Shown piece after piece: positions 8,956 to 18,069 of a DNA stretch of 32,000 bases. How positions within the stretch are numbered: the first letter of the stretch is position 1; the number at the start of each line of letters is the position of its first letter. The DNA is from Pseudidiomarina andamanensis (GTDB taxonomy: Bacteria; Pseudomonadota; Gammaproteobacteria; Enterobacterales; Alteromonadaceae). The notes under the pieces were generated by a model. The model had not been told where the DNA came from, made no database searches, and worked only from the letters and a program-made list of their open reading frames with translations. The DNA is taken from contig NZ_CP032551.1 of the NCBI RefSeq assembly GCF_009734345.1, positions 1,230,001 to 1,262,000 on the forward strand, read 5' to 3'. Position numbers and translations under genes: made by a program.

Positions 8956-10293
8956 ATGACAACCATTCCATTACACCAAGCAGAAGCTGCGAAACAGCTT
9001 GAACATGATTGGCAACAGAACCCACGCTGGACTGGCGTTGAACGTACTTATTCGGCGCTCGATGTGGTGCGTTTACGCGGCAGTGTGCAACCTGAATGTA
9101 CCTATGCTCAAAATGGCGCAGCAAAACTGTGGCGCTTAGTGAACGGGGCGGCGCAAGAGAAATTCGGCAAAGACTATGTGAATGCGCTCGGTGCGCTCAC
9201 GGGTGGTCAAGCGGTGCAACAGGTTAAAGCGGGTCTACAAGCAATTTACCTGTCGGGCTGGCAAGTCGCCGCTGATAATAATACCTCGTTGAGCATGTAT
9301 CCCGATCAGTCATTGTATCCGGTAGATTCAGTGCCAACGGTCGTCGAGCGTATCAACAACAGCTTTGCTCGCGCTGATCAAATTCAATGGTCAAAAGGTA
9401 TCGGCCCTGACCAAGACGGCTACGTGGATTATTTCGCGCCGATTGTCGCGGATGCTGAAGCGGGCTTTGGTGGCGTGCTGAATGCCTACGAGCTGATGCA
9501 AGCGATGATTCGCGCTGGCGCCGCTGGTGTGCATTTTGAAGATCAGCTAGCTTCGGTGAAAAAATGCGGTCATATGGGCGGCAAAGTGTTGGTGCCAACC
9601 CAAGAAGCAGTGCAAAAGCTAATTGCTGCACGTCTCGCTGCTGATGTTGCCGGTGTGCCGACGTTGATTCTCGCCCGCACCGATGCCAACGCCGCCGACT
9701 TGCTCACTTCTGATGTTGATCCGAACGACCTCCCGTTCTGCACGGGTGAACGCACCGCCGAAGGCTTTTACCGTGTGAACGCCGGTATCGATCAGGCAAT
9801 TTCCCGTGGTTTAGCGTATGCGCCATATGCCGATTTACTCTGGTGTGAAACCGCCAAGCCTGATTTAGACGAAGCGCGCAAGTTTGCCGAAGCCATTCAC
9901 GCACAGTATCCAGGTAAATTGCTCGCCTATAACTGCTCACCAAGCTTTAACTGGAAGCGCAATCTTGATGATGCCACCATCGCTAAGTTCCAACGTGAAC
10001 TGGCAGCTATGGGCTATAAGTTCCAGTTTATCACCTTAGCTGGCGTGCATAACATGTGGTACCACATGTTTGAATTAGCACATGACTATGCACGCAACGA
10101 TATGTCAGCGTATGTGAAGCTGCAGCAACAAGAATTCGCGGCAGCTGAAAAAGGCTACACTTTTGTAGCGCACCAACAAGAAGTTGGTACGGGGTATTTC
10201 GATGACGTCACTAATGTGATTCAAGGTGGGAAGTCTTCGGTAACTGCGCTAACCGGCTCGACTGAAGAAGAACAGTTCAAAAAACCGGCGTAA
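8956..10293 (+). CDS. aceA: isocitrate lyase
   Basis: 445 aa with the [13 protein letters not shown] signature. It starts 29 nt after aceB, with an AGGA Shine-Dalgarno sequence. Confidence 0.95.
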   Translation: MTTIPLHQAEAAKQLEHDWQQNPRWTGVERTYSALDVVRLRGSVQPECTYAQNGAAKLWRLVNGAAQEKFGKDYVNALGALTGGQAVQQVKAGLQAIYLSGWQVAADNNTSLSMYPDQSLYPVDSVPTVVERINNSFARADQIQWSKGIGPDQDGYVDYFAPIVADAEAGFGGVLNAYELMQAMIRAGAAGVHFEDQLASVKKCGHMGGKVLVPTQEAVQKLIAARLAADVAGVPTLILARTDANAADLLTSDVDPNDLPFCTGERTAEGFYRVNAGIDQAISRGLAYAPYADLLWCETAKPDLDEARKFAEAIHAQYPGKLLAYNCSPSFNWKRNLDDATIAKFQRELAAMGYKFQFITLAGVHNMWYHMFELAHDYARNDMSAYVKLQQQEFAAAEKGYTFVAHQQEVGTGYFDDVTNVIQGGKSSVTALTGSTEEEQFKKPA

Positions 10294-10344
10294 GCAAAGG
10301 TTTACGAATACCTACTTAGCATTACCTCGGAAAATACTGGGTAT

Positions 10345-10379
10345 AAGCCGCCAAGCACAGGTGTTTGGCGGCTTTTTTG
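10345..10379 (+). terminator. rho-independent terminator of the aceBA operon
   Basis: AAGCCGCCAA (10345-10354) / TTGGCGGCTT (10365-10374), followed by a T-run. Confidence 0.8.
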
Positions 10380-10469
10380 TGGTAGTATGCGCGCGCCTGA
10401 ATAGACAATTCATCTCAGAAATTGGGCTGTTCACCCCTGAAGCCTCGCATGTTGAAGGAATAACGACTC

Positions 10470-11909
10470 ATGTGGAAACTACTGCTGTTATTGTTGGGCG
10501 CTAGCCTGTTCTCACCAGCCGCATTTGCGGCCGCTGGTCAACTTGACCTCACCACCGCAAACGTTGGTATTGCCGCTATTATCATCTTTACCATTGCTTA
10601 TATTCTGGTGATGGGCGAAGAGCGATTGCACATGCGCAAGTCGAAGCCGGTGTTAGTCGCCGCTGGTTTAATCTGGATCATGATCGGTTTTGTGTACGTG
10701 CAAAACGATTTACCAGGTGTTGCCGAGGATGCATTTCGTCACAACTTGCTCGAATTTGCCGAGCTCATGCTGTTTTTGCTGGTGGCCATGACCTACATCA
10801 ACGCCATGGAAGAGCGTCGCTTGTTTGATGCTTTGCGTGCATGGTTAATCAAAAAAGGTTTTAACTACAAACAGCTATTCTGGATTTCAGGGTTTCTTGC
10901 GTTCTTTATATCGCCTATTGCCGACAACTTAACCACCGCACTTCTCATGTGTGCCGTCATTATGAAAGTTGCAGACGGCGACAAGAAGTTCATTAGTATT
11001 TCGTGTATCAGTATTGTCATTGCAGCAAACGCTGGTGGTGCCTTTAGTCCATTCGGCGACATTACCACTCTGATGGTGTGGCAGGCTGGTATGGTTGAGT
11101 TCCAAGAGTTCTTTGTCTTGTTCATCCCGTCGCTACTCAACTATTTAGTGCCTGCAGTCATCATGAGCTTCTTTATTGAAGACCGTAAGCCGTCATCGAT
11201 TTACGAAGAAGTTGAACTGAAGCGCGGCGCATTGCGAATCACCAGCTTATTCTTGCTAACGATTGCCACAGCGGTTGCTTGCCACATGTGGCTGCACTTA
11301 CCGCCTGTACTTGGCATGATGATGGGCTTGGGTTACCTACAATTCTTTGGTTACTTCTTACGAATGACCTTACCAGGCTCGCTTGCGCGCAAACGTGCTA
11401 TGGCTGAACGTGCTGGTGATATGGCACGTCTTGAACGCCTTGGTAGCGTGGTGCCATTTGATGTATTCAGCCGCGTACAACGCGCCGAGTGGGATACGTT
11501 GTTATTCTTCTACGGTATCGTCATTTGCGTTGGTGGTCTTGGCTTTATGGGTTACTTATCACTGCTTTCCAATACTTTGTATTTAGACATGAGCCCAACC
11601 TTTGCCAACGTGGCGTTAGGGGTAATGTCAGCGGTTATCGATAACATTCCAATTATGTTTGCGGTGCTGTCGATGCAACCAGAAATGTCGCACGGTCAGT
11701 GGCTATTGATCACGTTAACGGCCGGTACGGGCGGTAGCTTGTTGTCGATTGGTTCAGCAGCAGGTGTTGCACTCATGGGGCAAGCGCGTGGCTATTACAC
11801 CTTCGCTAGCCACCTAAAATGGACACCAGTGATTGCGCTTGGTTACATCGTCAGCATCTTAGCCCACATGTGGCTAAATGAGCACTTGTTTACGGTCTTC
11901 AACCACTAA
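10470..11909 (+). CDS. nhaD: Na+/H+ antiporter, NhaD type (ArsB/NhaD permease superfamily)
   Basis: 479 aa and polytopic. It has an N-terminal signal-like segment followed by EERLHMRKSKPVLVAAGLIW, as in Vibrio NhaD. Confidence 0.75.
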   Translation: MWKLLLLLLGASLFSPAAFAAAGQLDLTTANVGIAAIIIFTIAYILVMGEERLHMRKSKPVLVAAGLIWIMIGFVYVQNDLPGVAEDAFRHNLLEFAELMLFLLVAMTYINAMEERRLFDALRAWLIKKGFNYKQLFWISGFLAFFISPIADNLTTALLMCAVIMKVADGDKKFISISCISIVIAANAGGAFSPFGDITTLMVWQAGMVEFQEFFVLFIPSLLNYLVPAVIMSFFIEDRKPSSIYEEVELKRGALRITSLFLLTIATAVACHMWLHLPPVLGMMMGLGYLQFFGYFLRMTLPGSLARKRAMAERAGDMARLERLGSVVPFDVFSRVQRAEWDTLLFFYGIVICVGGLGFMGYLSLLSNTLYLDMSPTFANVALGVMSAVIDNIPIMFAVLSMQPEMSHGQWLLITLTAGTGGSLLSIGSAAGVALMGQARGYYTFASHLKWTPVIALGYIVSILAHMWLNEHLFTVFNH

Positions 11910-11934
11910 CGAATAACCAATAACGATTAACGTC

Positions 11935-13677
11935 TTACCCCGAAGTCGTGCGCACACAACGCATAAAGCGCACGGCGTCGGGGTACGGAAACACATCGGT
12001 AATCACGCCACGCGCAAGATTGTCTTGCTGTTGCCGCCAAAACTCAGCATCAATCAGTTCCGGATGGTATTTCAGTAAAATATCTCGTAGCTTCGGTTGC
12101 GGCACGGCATACGTCGCGAGTTGCTCGGGGAATACATCATTGGGCGCCACCGTATACCACGGCTCAGGCGCAATCATCTGCTCATACGTTTCTGGCTTTG
12201 GTAACTTGCGGAAGTTCATTTCGGTGAGGTACTGAACCTCATCATAGTCATAAAACACCACCCGTTTATGGCGCGTTAAGCCGAAGTTTTTCAGCAGCAT
12301 GTCACCTGGGAAAATATTCGCGGCCATCATATCTTTGATCGCTTGGCCGTAATCTTTCATCACCATGTCTATTTCAGCGTCGGTGCCGTATTCCAAGAAG
12401 ATATTCAACGGCATCATCCGGCGCTCAACAAACAGTTGGCAAATCACCAATTGTCCGTCTTCGATGGTTAAACTACCCGCCACGGTGCTGGTGAGTTCGT
12501 CGAGCAAGTCAGGCGAGATACGATCAAGCGGAATAGCCACGTTGGCAAATTCATAAGTATCTGCCATACGCCCGGCACGATCATGACGCTTAACCATGCG
12601 GTAGCGATCAATAACCGTTTGTCGGCTCATCTGTTTGCCGCCACCAAACTGGTCTTTAATCACTTTGAATACATACGGGTACGACGGCAACGTAAATACC
12701 GTCATCACCATCCCTTTAATACCTGCAGCGGCTACCAGTTGGTCATCGCTGGCTGCTAAGTGATGCAGAAAATCACGATAGAACTCGGTTTTACTTTGCT
12801 TATGTAATCCAATAGCTGAGTACAGTTCCGCAATTGTTTTCTTCGGCATCAGCCCTTTCAAGAAACGCACTAGCGCCGATGGCGCACGGGTATGCACCAT
12901 AAAGTACGAACGTGCGAAGGCAAAAATAATCGCCATTTGGTCGGTATCGGTAATCAGGGCATCCAAATAAAGTCGCCCAGAACTATTACGTAATACGGGC
13001 ACAATAAATGGAAAAATGCGATTAGCGCTAACAATGCGGCCCACCACGTACGCCGCCTTGTTACGAAAGAATGGTTCTTTCAAAACATCAATGCGCAGCT
13101 GATAGGTTGAGAGCTGACCAGCGGCTGTTTGTTCGCGAAATGCTTTTCGAAGTAAGCGAATATCTTCCGATAAATCATCATATTCTGCGCCAAAATCGAT
13201 ATCGCCCATAATGCGCGCTAACGTGCGGCGCATGCCCTGCACCACCGGAAAATAAGAGCGAAACTCGGTTTCAAGTGCGAGCGGAATGCTGTCGCTTAGC
13301 GTGGTTTCGACGAAAATGTAGGCGTTATTGAAATAGCGACGATGAAATAGATTACAAAATACCGAGTTGTAAAAGGTTTCGGCCAATTCAGCCTGCGGGT
13401 GAAACTGCAAAAACTGCTGATAAATTTTTCGGGTTTCTAGCCATAACGCTTCATTGAGTTCGCCGCCAGTTAGCTTATTCAGAATGGAGGTTGTTTCGCG
13501 CACCCGTTGATCATAAAAGCTAATCCGCACAGTTGCCGCATACTGGCCGGCATGCCAGTCACCTTCGCCGAACCGTTCTTTGGCTCGACGCGTGACTTCT
13601 TGAAACAGAGCATAGTGCTTATGAAAGCCCTGCAGTATCTTTCGAGCAAACATGCCCGCCCGCTTCGCATCGCCCAT
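11935..13677 (-). CDS. aceK: isocitrate dehydrogenase kinase/phosphatase
   Basis: Collinear with E. coli AceK (ILQGF..., FARSYFMV, GMVMTVFTLP..VFKVIKD, HDRAGRMADT, IFPGDMLLKNFG, VVFYDYDE, EPWY). The start was chosen at ATG 13677, 2 nt after the LysR stop, which gives an AceK-like N-terminal length. The in-frame start at 13722 cannot be excluded. Confidence 0.9.
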   Translation of the reverse strand: MGDAKRAGMFARKILQGFHKHYALFQEVTRRAKERFGEGDWHAGQYAATVRISFYDQRVRETTSILNKLTGGELNEALWLETRKIYQQFLQFHPQAELAETFYNSVFCNLFHRRYFNNAYIFVETTLSDSIPLALETEFRSYFPVVQGMRRTLARIMGDIDFGAEYDDLSEDIRLLRKAFREQTAAGQLSTYQLRIDVLKEPFFRNKAAYVVGRIVSANRIFPFIVPVLRNSSGRLYLDALITDTDQMAIIFAFARSYFMVHTRAPSALVRFLKGLMPKKTIAELYSAIGLHKQSKTEFYRDFLHHLAASDDQLVAAAGIKGMVMTVFTLPSYPYVFKVIKDQFGGGKQMSRQTVIDRYRMVKRHDRAGRMADTYEFANVAIPLDRISPDLLDELTSTVAGSLTIEDGQLVICQLFVERRMMPLNIFLEYGTDAEIDMVMKDYGQAIKDMMAANIFPGDMLLKNFGLTRHKRVVFYDYDEVQYLTEMNFRKLPKPETYEQMIAPEPWYTVAPNDVFPEQLATYAVPQPKLRDILLKYHPELIDAEFWRQQQDNLARGVITDVFPYPDAVRFMRCVRTTSG

Positions 13678-13679
13678 GA

Positions 13680-14615
13680 TTAATGGTGTGCTGCGGTATC
13701 GGTAATCAATTGACGGAACCAACGATGGCCGGCGTCATGCTGCAATAAAGGGCTCCAAATCATGGTGAGCTCAAGTGCCGGAATTTCAAATGGCGGCTCT
13801 AACATGACGAGTTCGTCATCGTCTTTGTAAAGCGCTGCAGCCTGACTTGGTAGCGTCGCAATAAGCCCTTGGCGCGCCAAATGCATCGCCACATGATAGT
13901 TACGGGTAAACACACGAATTTCACGTTTATGCCCTAGCATACCTAATGCTTCATCAACCCAACCCAGCTTTTGTACGTCGTGCGGATCCATACCAACCCC
14001 CACACCGAAGCCGGTTTTGCTTACCCACACGTGCTCGCCTTTGAGATAATTCTCAAGCGTATAGTTTTGTACCAATGGGTGGTCTTTACGCACTAAGCAA
14101 CTGAAGTCATCTTCCCACAAGTTTTTCTGATGAAACGACTGCGGTAACCTTTCAAAGCGGTTAATCGCAAGGTCCACTTTGCCGTTTTCAACATCATGAA
14201 AGCTGATGTCACTTGGCGTCATGATATCGAGCGCCACATGCGGTGCTTGGTGCTTCAGTTTTTCGAGTAACCGCGGCATCAAAGTCGATGCGGCATAATC
14301 TGACGCCATAATACGAAAGACGCGGTCGCTGGTAGCCGCGTCAAATTCACGCGCTGGTTGCACCATTTCTTCCACAGAATAGAGAATTTGGCGTACCGGC
14401 TCTTGCATACGCAAGGCGGTTTCCGTTGGCAGCATGCCTTCGCTGGTGCGCACTAAAATTGGATCATTCAACAACGTGCGTAAACGCTTTAAGCCGTTGC
14501 TCATGGCGGGCTGAGTAATATTGAGTTGCGCCGCCGCTTTGGTCACATTGCGCTCGCGCAATAACACATCGAGGTAGACCAACAGATTGAGGTCGATATC
14601 TTTAATGTTATTCAT
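13680..14615 (-). CDS. LysR-family transcriptional regulator
   Basis: N-terminal wHTH (DLNLLVYLDVLLRERNVTKAAAQLNITQPAMSNGLKRLR) plus a LysR substrate-binding domain length of 311 aa. Confidence 0.9.
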   Translation of the reverse strand: MNNIKDIDLNLLVYLDVLLRERNVTKAAAQLNITQPAMSNGLKRLRTLLNDPILVRTSEGMLPTETALRMQEPVRQILYSVEEMVQPAREFDAATSDRVFRIMASDYAASTLMPRLLEKLKHQAPHVALDIMTPSDISFHDVENGKVDLAINRFERLPQSFHQKNLWEDDFSCLVRKDHPLVQNYTLENYLKGEHVWVSKTGFGVGVGMDPHDVQKLGWVDEALGMLGHKREIRVFTRNYHVAMHLARQGLIATLPSQAAALYKDDDELVMLEPPFEIPALELTMIWSPLLQHDAGHRWFRQLITDTAAHH

Positions 14616-14653
14616 AAAAAAAATAAATCCCGCTATAAGAATATAGCGGGATT
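14616..14653 (-). terminator. rho-independent terminator of the S10 / yqaE / amidohydrolase operon
   Basis: A perfect 12-bp stem, AATCCCGCTATA / TATAGCGGGATT (14626-14653), with a 4-nt loop. On the minus strand it is followed by TATTTTTTTT (14616-14625). It lies 50 nt downstream of the stop at 14704. Confidence 0.8.
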
Positions 14654-14703
14654 ATAGACATAATTTTTTCTGGAATGCATCACTTGTGTAATGCGACTAT
14701 CGT

Positions 14704-17700
14704 CTATTCCCAGAAAAATGGTTTGCGTGGCTCAGCTTTTGGCACCAATTGGTTCATGGTTTCCGCATCAAACAAGCGGCCATTCACCATGGTGTGGGTG
14801 ACGCGATCGGTAACAGAAATATCCGCTAACGGATTGCCATCAATCACGATAATGTCAGCCAATTTACCCTCTTTCAGCGAGCCGATATATTTATCCATAC
14901 CGAACTCTTTCGCTGGGTTAATAGTTGATGTTGCGAGTGCTTGCAGTGGTGTCATACCACCTTGCGCCATCATCCAAATTTCCCAGTGCTGGGCTAAACC
15001 TTCACGCTGACCGTGCGCACCAGCCACCACATCAACACCAAGATCTTGCAGTTTCTTTGCAACATCAGCATTGTTGAAGTGGTTGTAGTGATTATGCGGC
15101 GCTTTTTCACGGCGCACAGAACCAACTAACGCATCCTCTGGCACAAACTTCGATAACTTCGGATGCTTCCACACGTCAGTTTCAGCATACCAATAGTTTT
15201 CACCCCAAATACCGCCGTAAGCAACGCCTAAGGTTGGCGTATAGTTCACGTCAGTTTGGCTCCAGAACTGCTCAATATCATCGTAGATTTTCGCAACTGG
15301 AATGGAGTGCTCAATGGTCGTGTGACCGTCGGCAACCATGCTCAAATTATGCTGTAACAATGAACCGCCTTCAGGCACAACCATCATACCTAATTCACGG
15401 CCTGCCTGAATAATCTGCTGACGTTGATTACGACGCGGTTGGTTATAGCTCTTCACCGAGAAGGCACCTACTTTTTTCAGGCGTTCAAGGTGGAACTTCG
15501 CATCCTCGAGATCATCCACATGCGCGGTATAACCTGGACCATTTGCACCATACAAAATGGTACCGGTTGAGAACGTGCGTGGCGCAGCTATTAAGCCAGC
15601 CTTTTGCAATTCGCTCGCAGCAAATATTTCAGTGGTGTCATTTGATGGATCGTGAATTGAGGTCACACCGAACGCTAACGTGGCATAGGTTTTCCAGTTT
15701 TGCTCTGGAATAATCTCATTGTCACCTTGCGGGCCGTGTGCGTGGCCATCGAACAACCCTGGCATGACCGTCTTGCCCGTGGTATCAATCACAGTGGCAC
15801 CGCTTGGCACGGTCACCTCATCGACACTACCAACAGCGACAATTTTGTTGCCTTTGACAACCACAGTGCCGCGCTCAATCACTTGATCGCCTTCCATGGT
15901 AATCACCTGACCGCCAACAAATGCGACGGTTTCATCATGAATGCCAGCATCGGCTTCAAAGCTAATATCGAGGCCATTGGCTACTTTCTCGAACTCTGAC
16001 TCGCCATCAATGCCGAACAAGCCGTTCACTGACGCATGATAAAGTTCAGGGCCCAGTGACCAATACAATGCTTGGCCATCACCGCTCCACGAGATGTTTT
16101 CGCCAGCACGCACCGACAACTGCTCAACCGGGAACTGCTTGTCGGTTGGACTAATTTTGATTGGTGCGCCGCGTTCAACAAATGGCGTCACGAATACTTT
16201 GAAACGCTCAGCAAATGCCAAGTTCTCACCATCTGGAGATACGCGGAATTCAGTTGCGTGTTCTGCTGTATACAGCGTGCGCGATTCCTTGGTGGTTAAA
16301 TCCACGCTCATCAATGACGGCGAGCCATTAAATGCCATCAAATAAACTCGGTCGCTACGCGCGCCGAATTGCGGCGAGCTACCACTTTCGCTAATCAAAC
16401 GTGGTTTCGCGTTTTTGCTCAACGACAAGTGATAAACACCAGGGTTCAAGCCGTAAGTGTCAGAGGTGATATAACCACCGCGGATTTTACGATAAACCAC
16501 GGCGTTGCCATCTGGGCTAAATACCGGTTCAACGAATTTACCTTTGCCGGTTGCCAATACGGTTTCTTTGCCCGATTTCACGTCACGAACAATCAGCTGA
16601 CCGAGCTTTTGGTCATCCCACGTTGCATACACAAGCTTGCTACCGTCACGTGAATAGCTTGGGTACAGTTCCCATGCGCCTTCACGATTGGTTAAACGCT
16701 TCGGCTCACCGTTCGGTAAGCTACGTACGTAGAGCTTACCAAGTGCCTCGTATACCACCTGTTTCGCATTAGGCGCCACTTGCACCATACGCAGCATTTT
16801 CACTTTGAACTGGTCTTCATCTAAGTTGGTTTCAAAGTGCAAAGCGTGCTGAACTTTCTTGGTGGTTTCAACGCTAAACGGAATCACGCGCGTGCTGCGG
16901 CTGGCAACATCCAATTGCATGATTTTACCGTCGGCCCAGAAAATCATTTTCTTGCTATCAGGGCTCCAATCCATGGTCGGATACACGCCATGAATCGCCC
17001 ACGTTTCTTGCATGTCGCGATCAAGCTGATTATACAAACGCGTTTGCTCGCCCGACTCTAAGTCGTACAAATACAAGACGCTATTGAAGTCTTCACGCTT
17101 GATGAATGCCAAGTATTTACCATCAGGCGATGGTGTTGGACGAATCGCGCCACCAGCACCACTTAAAATCACATCGATGTCGCCGGTTTCGCGATCATAA
17201 CGTTTGATTTTATAAATGCCTTCCAGCGAATCTTTGCTGTAGTGGAAGGTTTTGCCTGGGGTGTCGTCTTGCGAGAAATAGATATAACGGCCATCTGGTG
17301 AAAACGCTGGCTCGCCCAAGTCTTTTTGATCATTCGGGCGCTCAGTCAGCATCACACCTGAGCCACCTGAACGGTGATACATCCACACTTCACCAGCACC
17401 TAATGAACGACGCGCCGTAAAGTGTTTACGCGCAACGATAAACTCGCTGTCTGGGCTCCATGCAGGGCTGTTCAACAAACGGAAGGTTTCATCGGTCACT
17501 TGGCGCGGGTTGCTACCATCCGCATCCATGATCCAAATATTGTCGCCGCCATCAGCATCTGAGGTATAGGCAATGTATTTGCCATCCGGTGAGTAAACTG
17601 GCTGCATGTGCCAAGCAATGCCGCCTATTAGCAATTCGGCATCACCACCACTGGCTGGAATACGATAAATGTCGCCGAGCATATCGAAGACAATGAATTT

Positions 17701-17877
17701 GCCGTCGGGGCTCATGTCAACGTTCATCCAAGTACCTTCAGAGGTTTTGATTTGAATGTCTTTGAATTCGCCTTGAGGGTTATTCACGTCCCAACCATTT
17801 TCGGTTTGGGCTAGCGCAGGGGCAGAAACAGATAAAGCGACGCTGACCGCAAGGGCCAGCGTTGATAATTTATTCAT
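14704..17877 (-). CDS. periplasmic TolB-like beta-propeller / amidohydrolase fusion protein
   Basis: Signal peptide MNKLSTLALAVSVALSVSAPALA. There are many PD40/TolB-like repeats (SPDGKYIAYTS, SPDGRYIYFS, SPDGKYLAF). The C-terminal metal-dependent hydrolase domain shows PGLFDGHAHG and GAHG. Confidence 0.85.
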   Translation of the reverse strand: MNKLSTLALAVSVALSVSAPALAQTENGWDVNNPQGEFKDIQIKTSEGTWMNVDMSPDGKFIVFDMLGDIYRIPASGGDAELLIGGIAWHMQPVYSPDGKYIAYTSDADGGDNIWIMDADGSNPRQVTDETFRLLNSPAWSPDSEFIVARKHFTARRSLGAGEVWMYHRSGGSGVMLTERPNDQKDLGEPAFSPDGRYIYFSQDDTPGKTFHYSKDSLEGIYKIKRYDRETGDIDVILSGAGGAIRPTPSPDGKYLAFIKREDFNSVLYLYDLESGEQTRLYNQLDRDMQETWAIHGVYPTMDWSPDSKKMIFWADGKIMQLDVASRSTRVIPFSVETTKKVQHALHFETNLDEDQFKVKMLRMVQVAPNAKQVVYEALGKLYVRSLPNGEPKRLTNREGAWELYPSYSRDGSKLVYATWDDQKLGQLIVRDVKSGKETVLATGKGKFVEPVFSPDGNAVVYRKIRGGYITSDTYGLNPGVYHLSLSKNAKPRLISESGSSPQFGARSDRVYLMAFNGSPSLMSVDLTTKESRTLYTAEHATEFRVSPDGENLAFAERFKVFVTPFVERGAPIKISPTDKQFPVEQLSVRAGENISWSGDGQALYWSLGPELYHASVNGLFGIDGESEFEKVANGLDISFEADAGIHDETVAFVGGQVITMEGDQVIERGTVVVKGNKIVAVGSVDEVTVPSGATVIDTTGKTVMPGLFDGHAHGPQGDNEIIPEQNWKTYATLAFGVTSIHDPSNDTTEIFAASELQKAGLIAAPRTFSTGTILYGANGPGYTAHVDDLEDAKFHLERLKKVGAFSVKSYNQPRRNQRQQIIQAGRELGMMVVPEGGSLLQHNLSMVADGHTTIEHSIPVAKIYDDIEQFWSQTDVNYTPTLGVAYGGIWGENYWYAETDVWKHPKLSKFVPEDALVGSVRREKAPHNHYNHFNNADVAKKLQDLGVDVVAGAHGQREGLAQHWEIWMMAQGGMTPLQALATSTINPAKEFGMDKYIGSLKEGKLADIIVIDGNPLADISVTDRVTHTMVNGRLFDAETMNQLVPKAEPRKPFFWE

Positions 17878-17892
17878 GGGTAGACCTTATTG

Positions 17893-18051
17893 TTATTTTT
17901 TGGCGATAACCCAAACCGCATGAACGATACCCGGAATGTAACCGAGCAAGGTCAAAATGATATTAATCCAAAAATGCTTACCAATACCGACCTGTAAAAA
18001 TACACCCAGTGGCGGCAACAAAATTGCGATAATAATGCGGATTAGATCCAT
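17893..18051 (-). CDS. yqaE: YqaE/Pmp3 (UPF0057) small membrane proteolipid, 52 aa; absent from the supplied ORF track
   Basis: Hand translation gives MDLIRIIIAILLPPLGVFLQVGIGKHFWINIILTLLGYIPGIVHAVWVIAKK. AAGGAG lies 8 nt upstream. The ORF sits between the S10 stop (18070) and the amidohydrolase start (17877). Confidence 0.8.
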   Translation of the reverse strand: MDLIRIIIAILLPPLGVFLQVGIGKHFWINIILTLLGYIPGIVHAVWVIAKK

Positions 18052-18069
18052 GAGTTATCTCCTTAATGA

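Noticed and set aside
14675-17061. Numerous 60-144-aa ORFs antisense to or out of frame with large genes, for example 2403-3063, 3648-4829, 8300-8646, 15700-17061, 29118-31907 and 24320-24571.
   Set aside because: They lie fully inside long, well-supported CDSs. They have low-complexity or Arg/Ser/Cys-rich translations typical of shadow frames, and no start-site signals.
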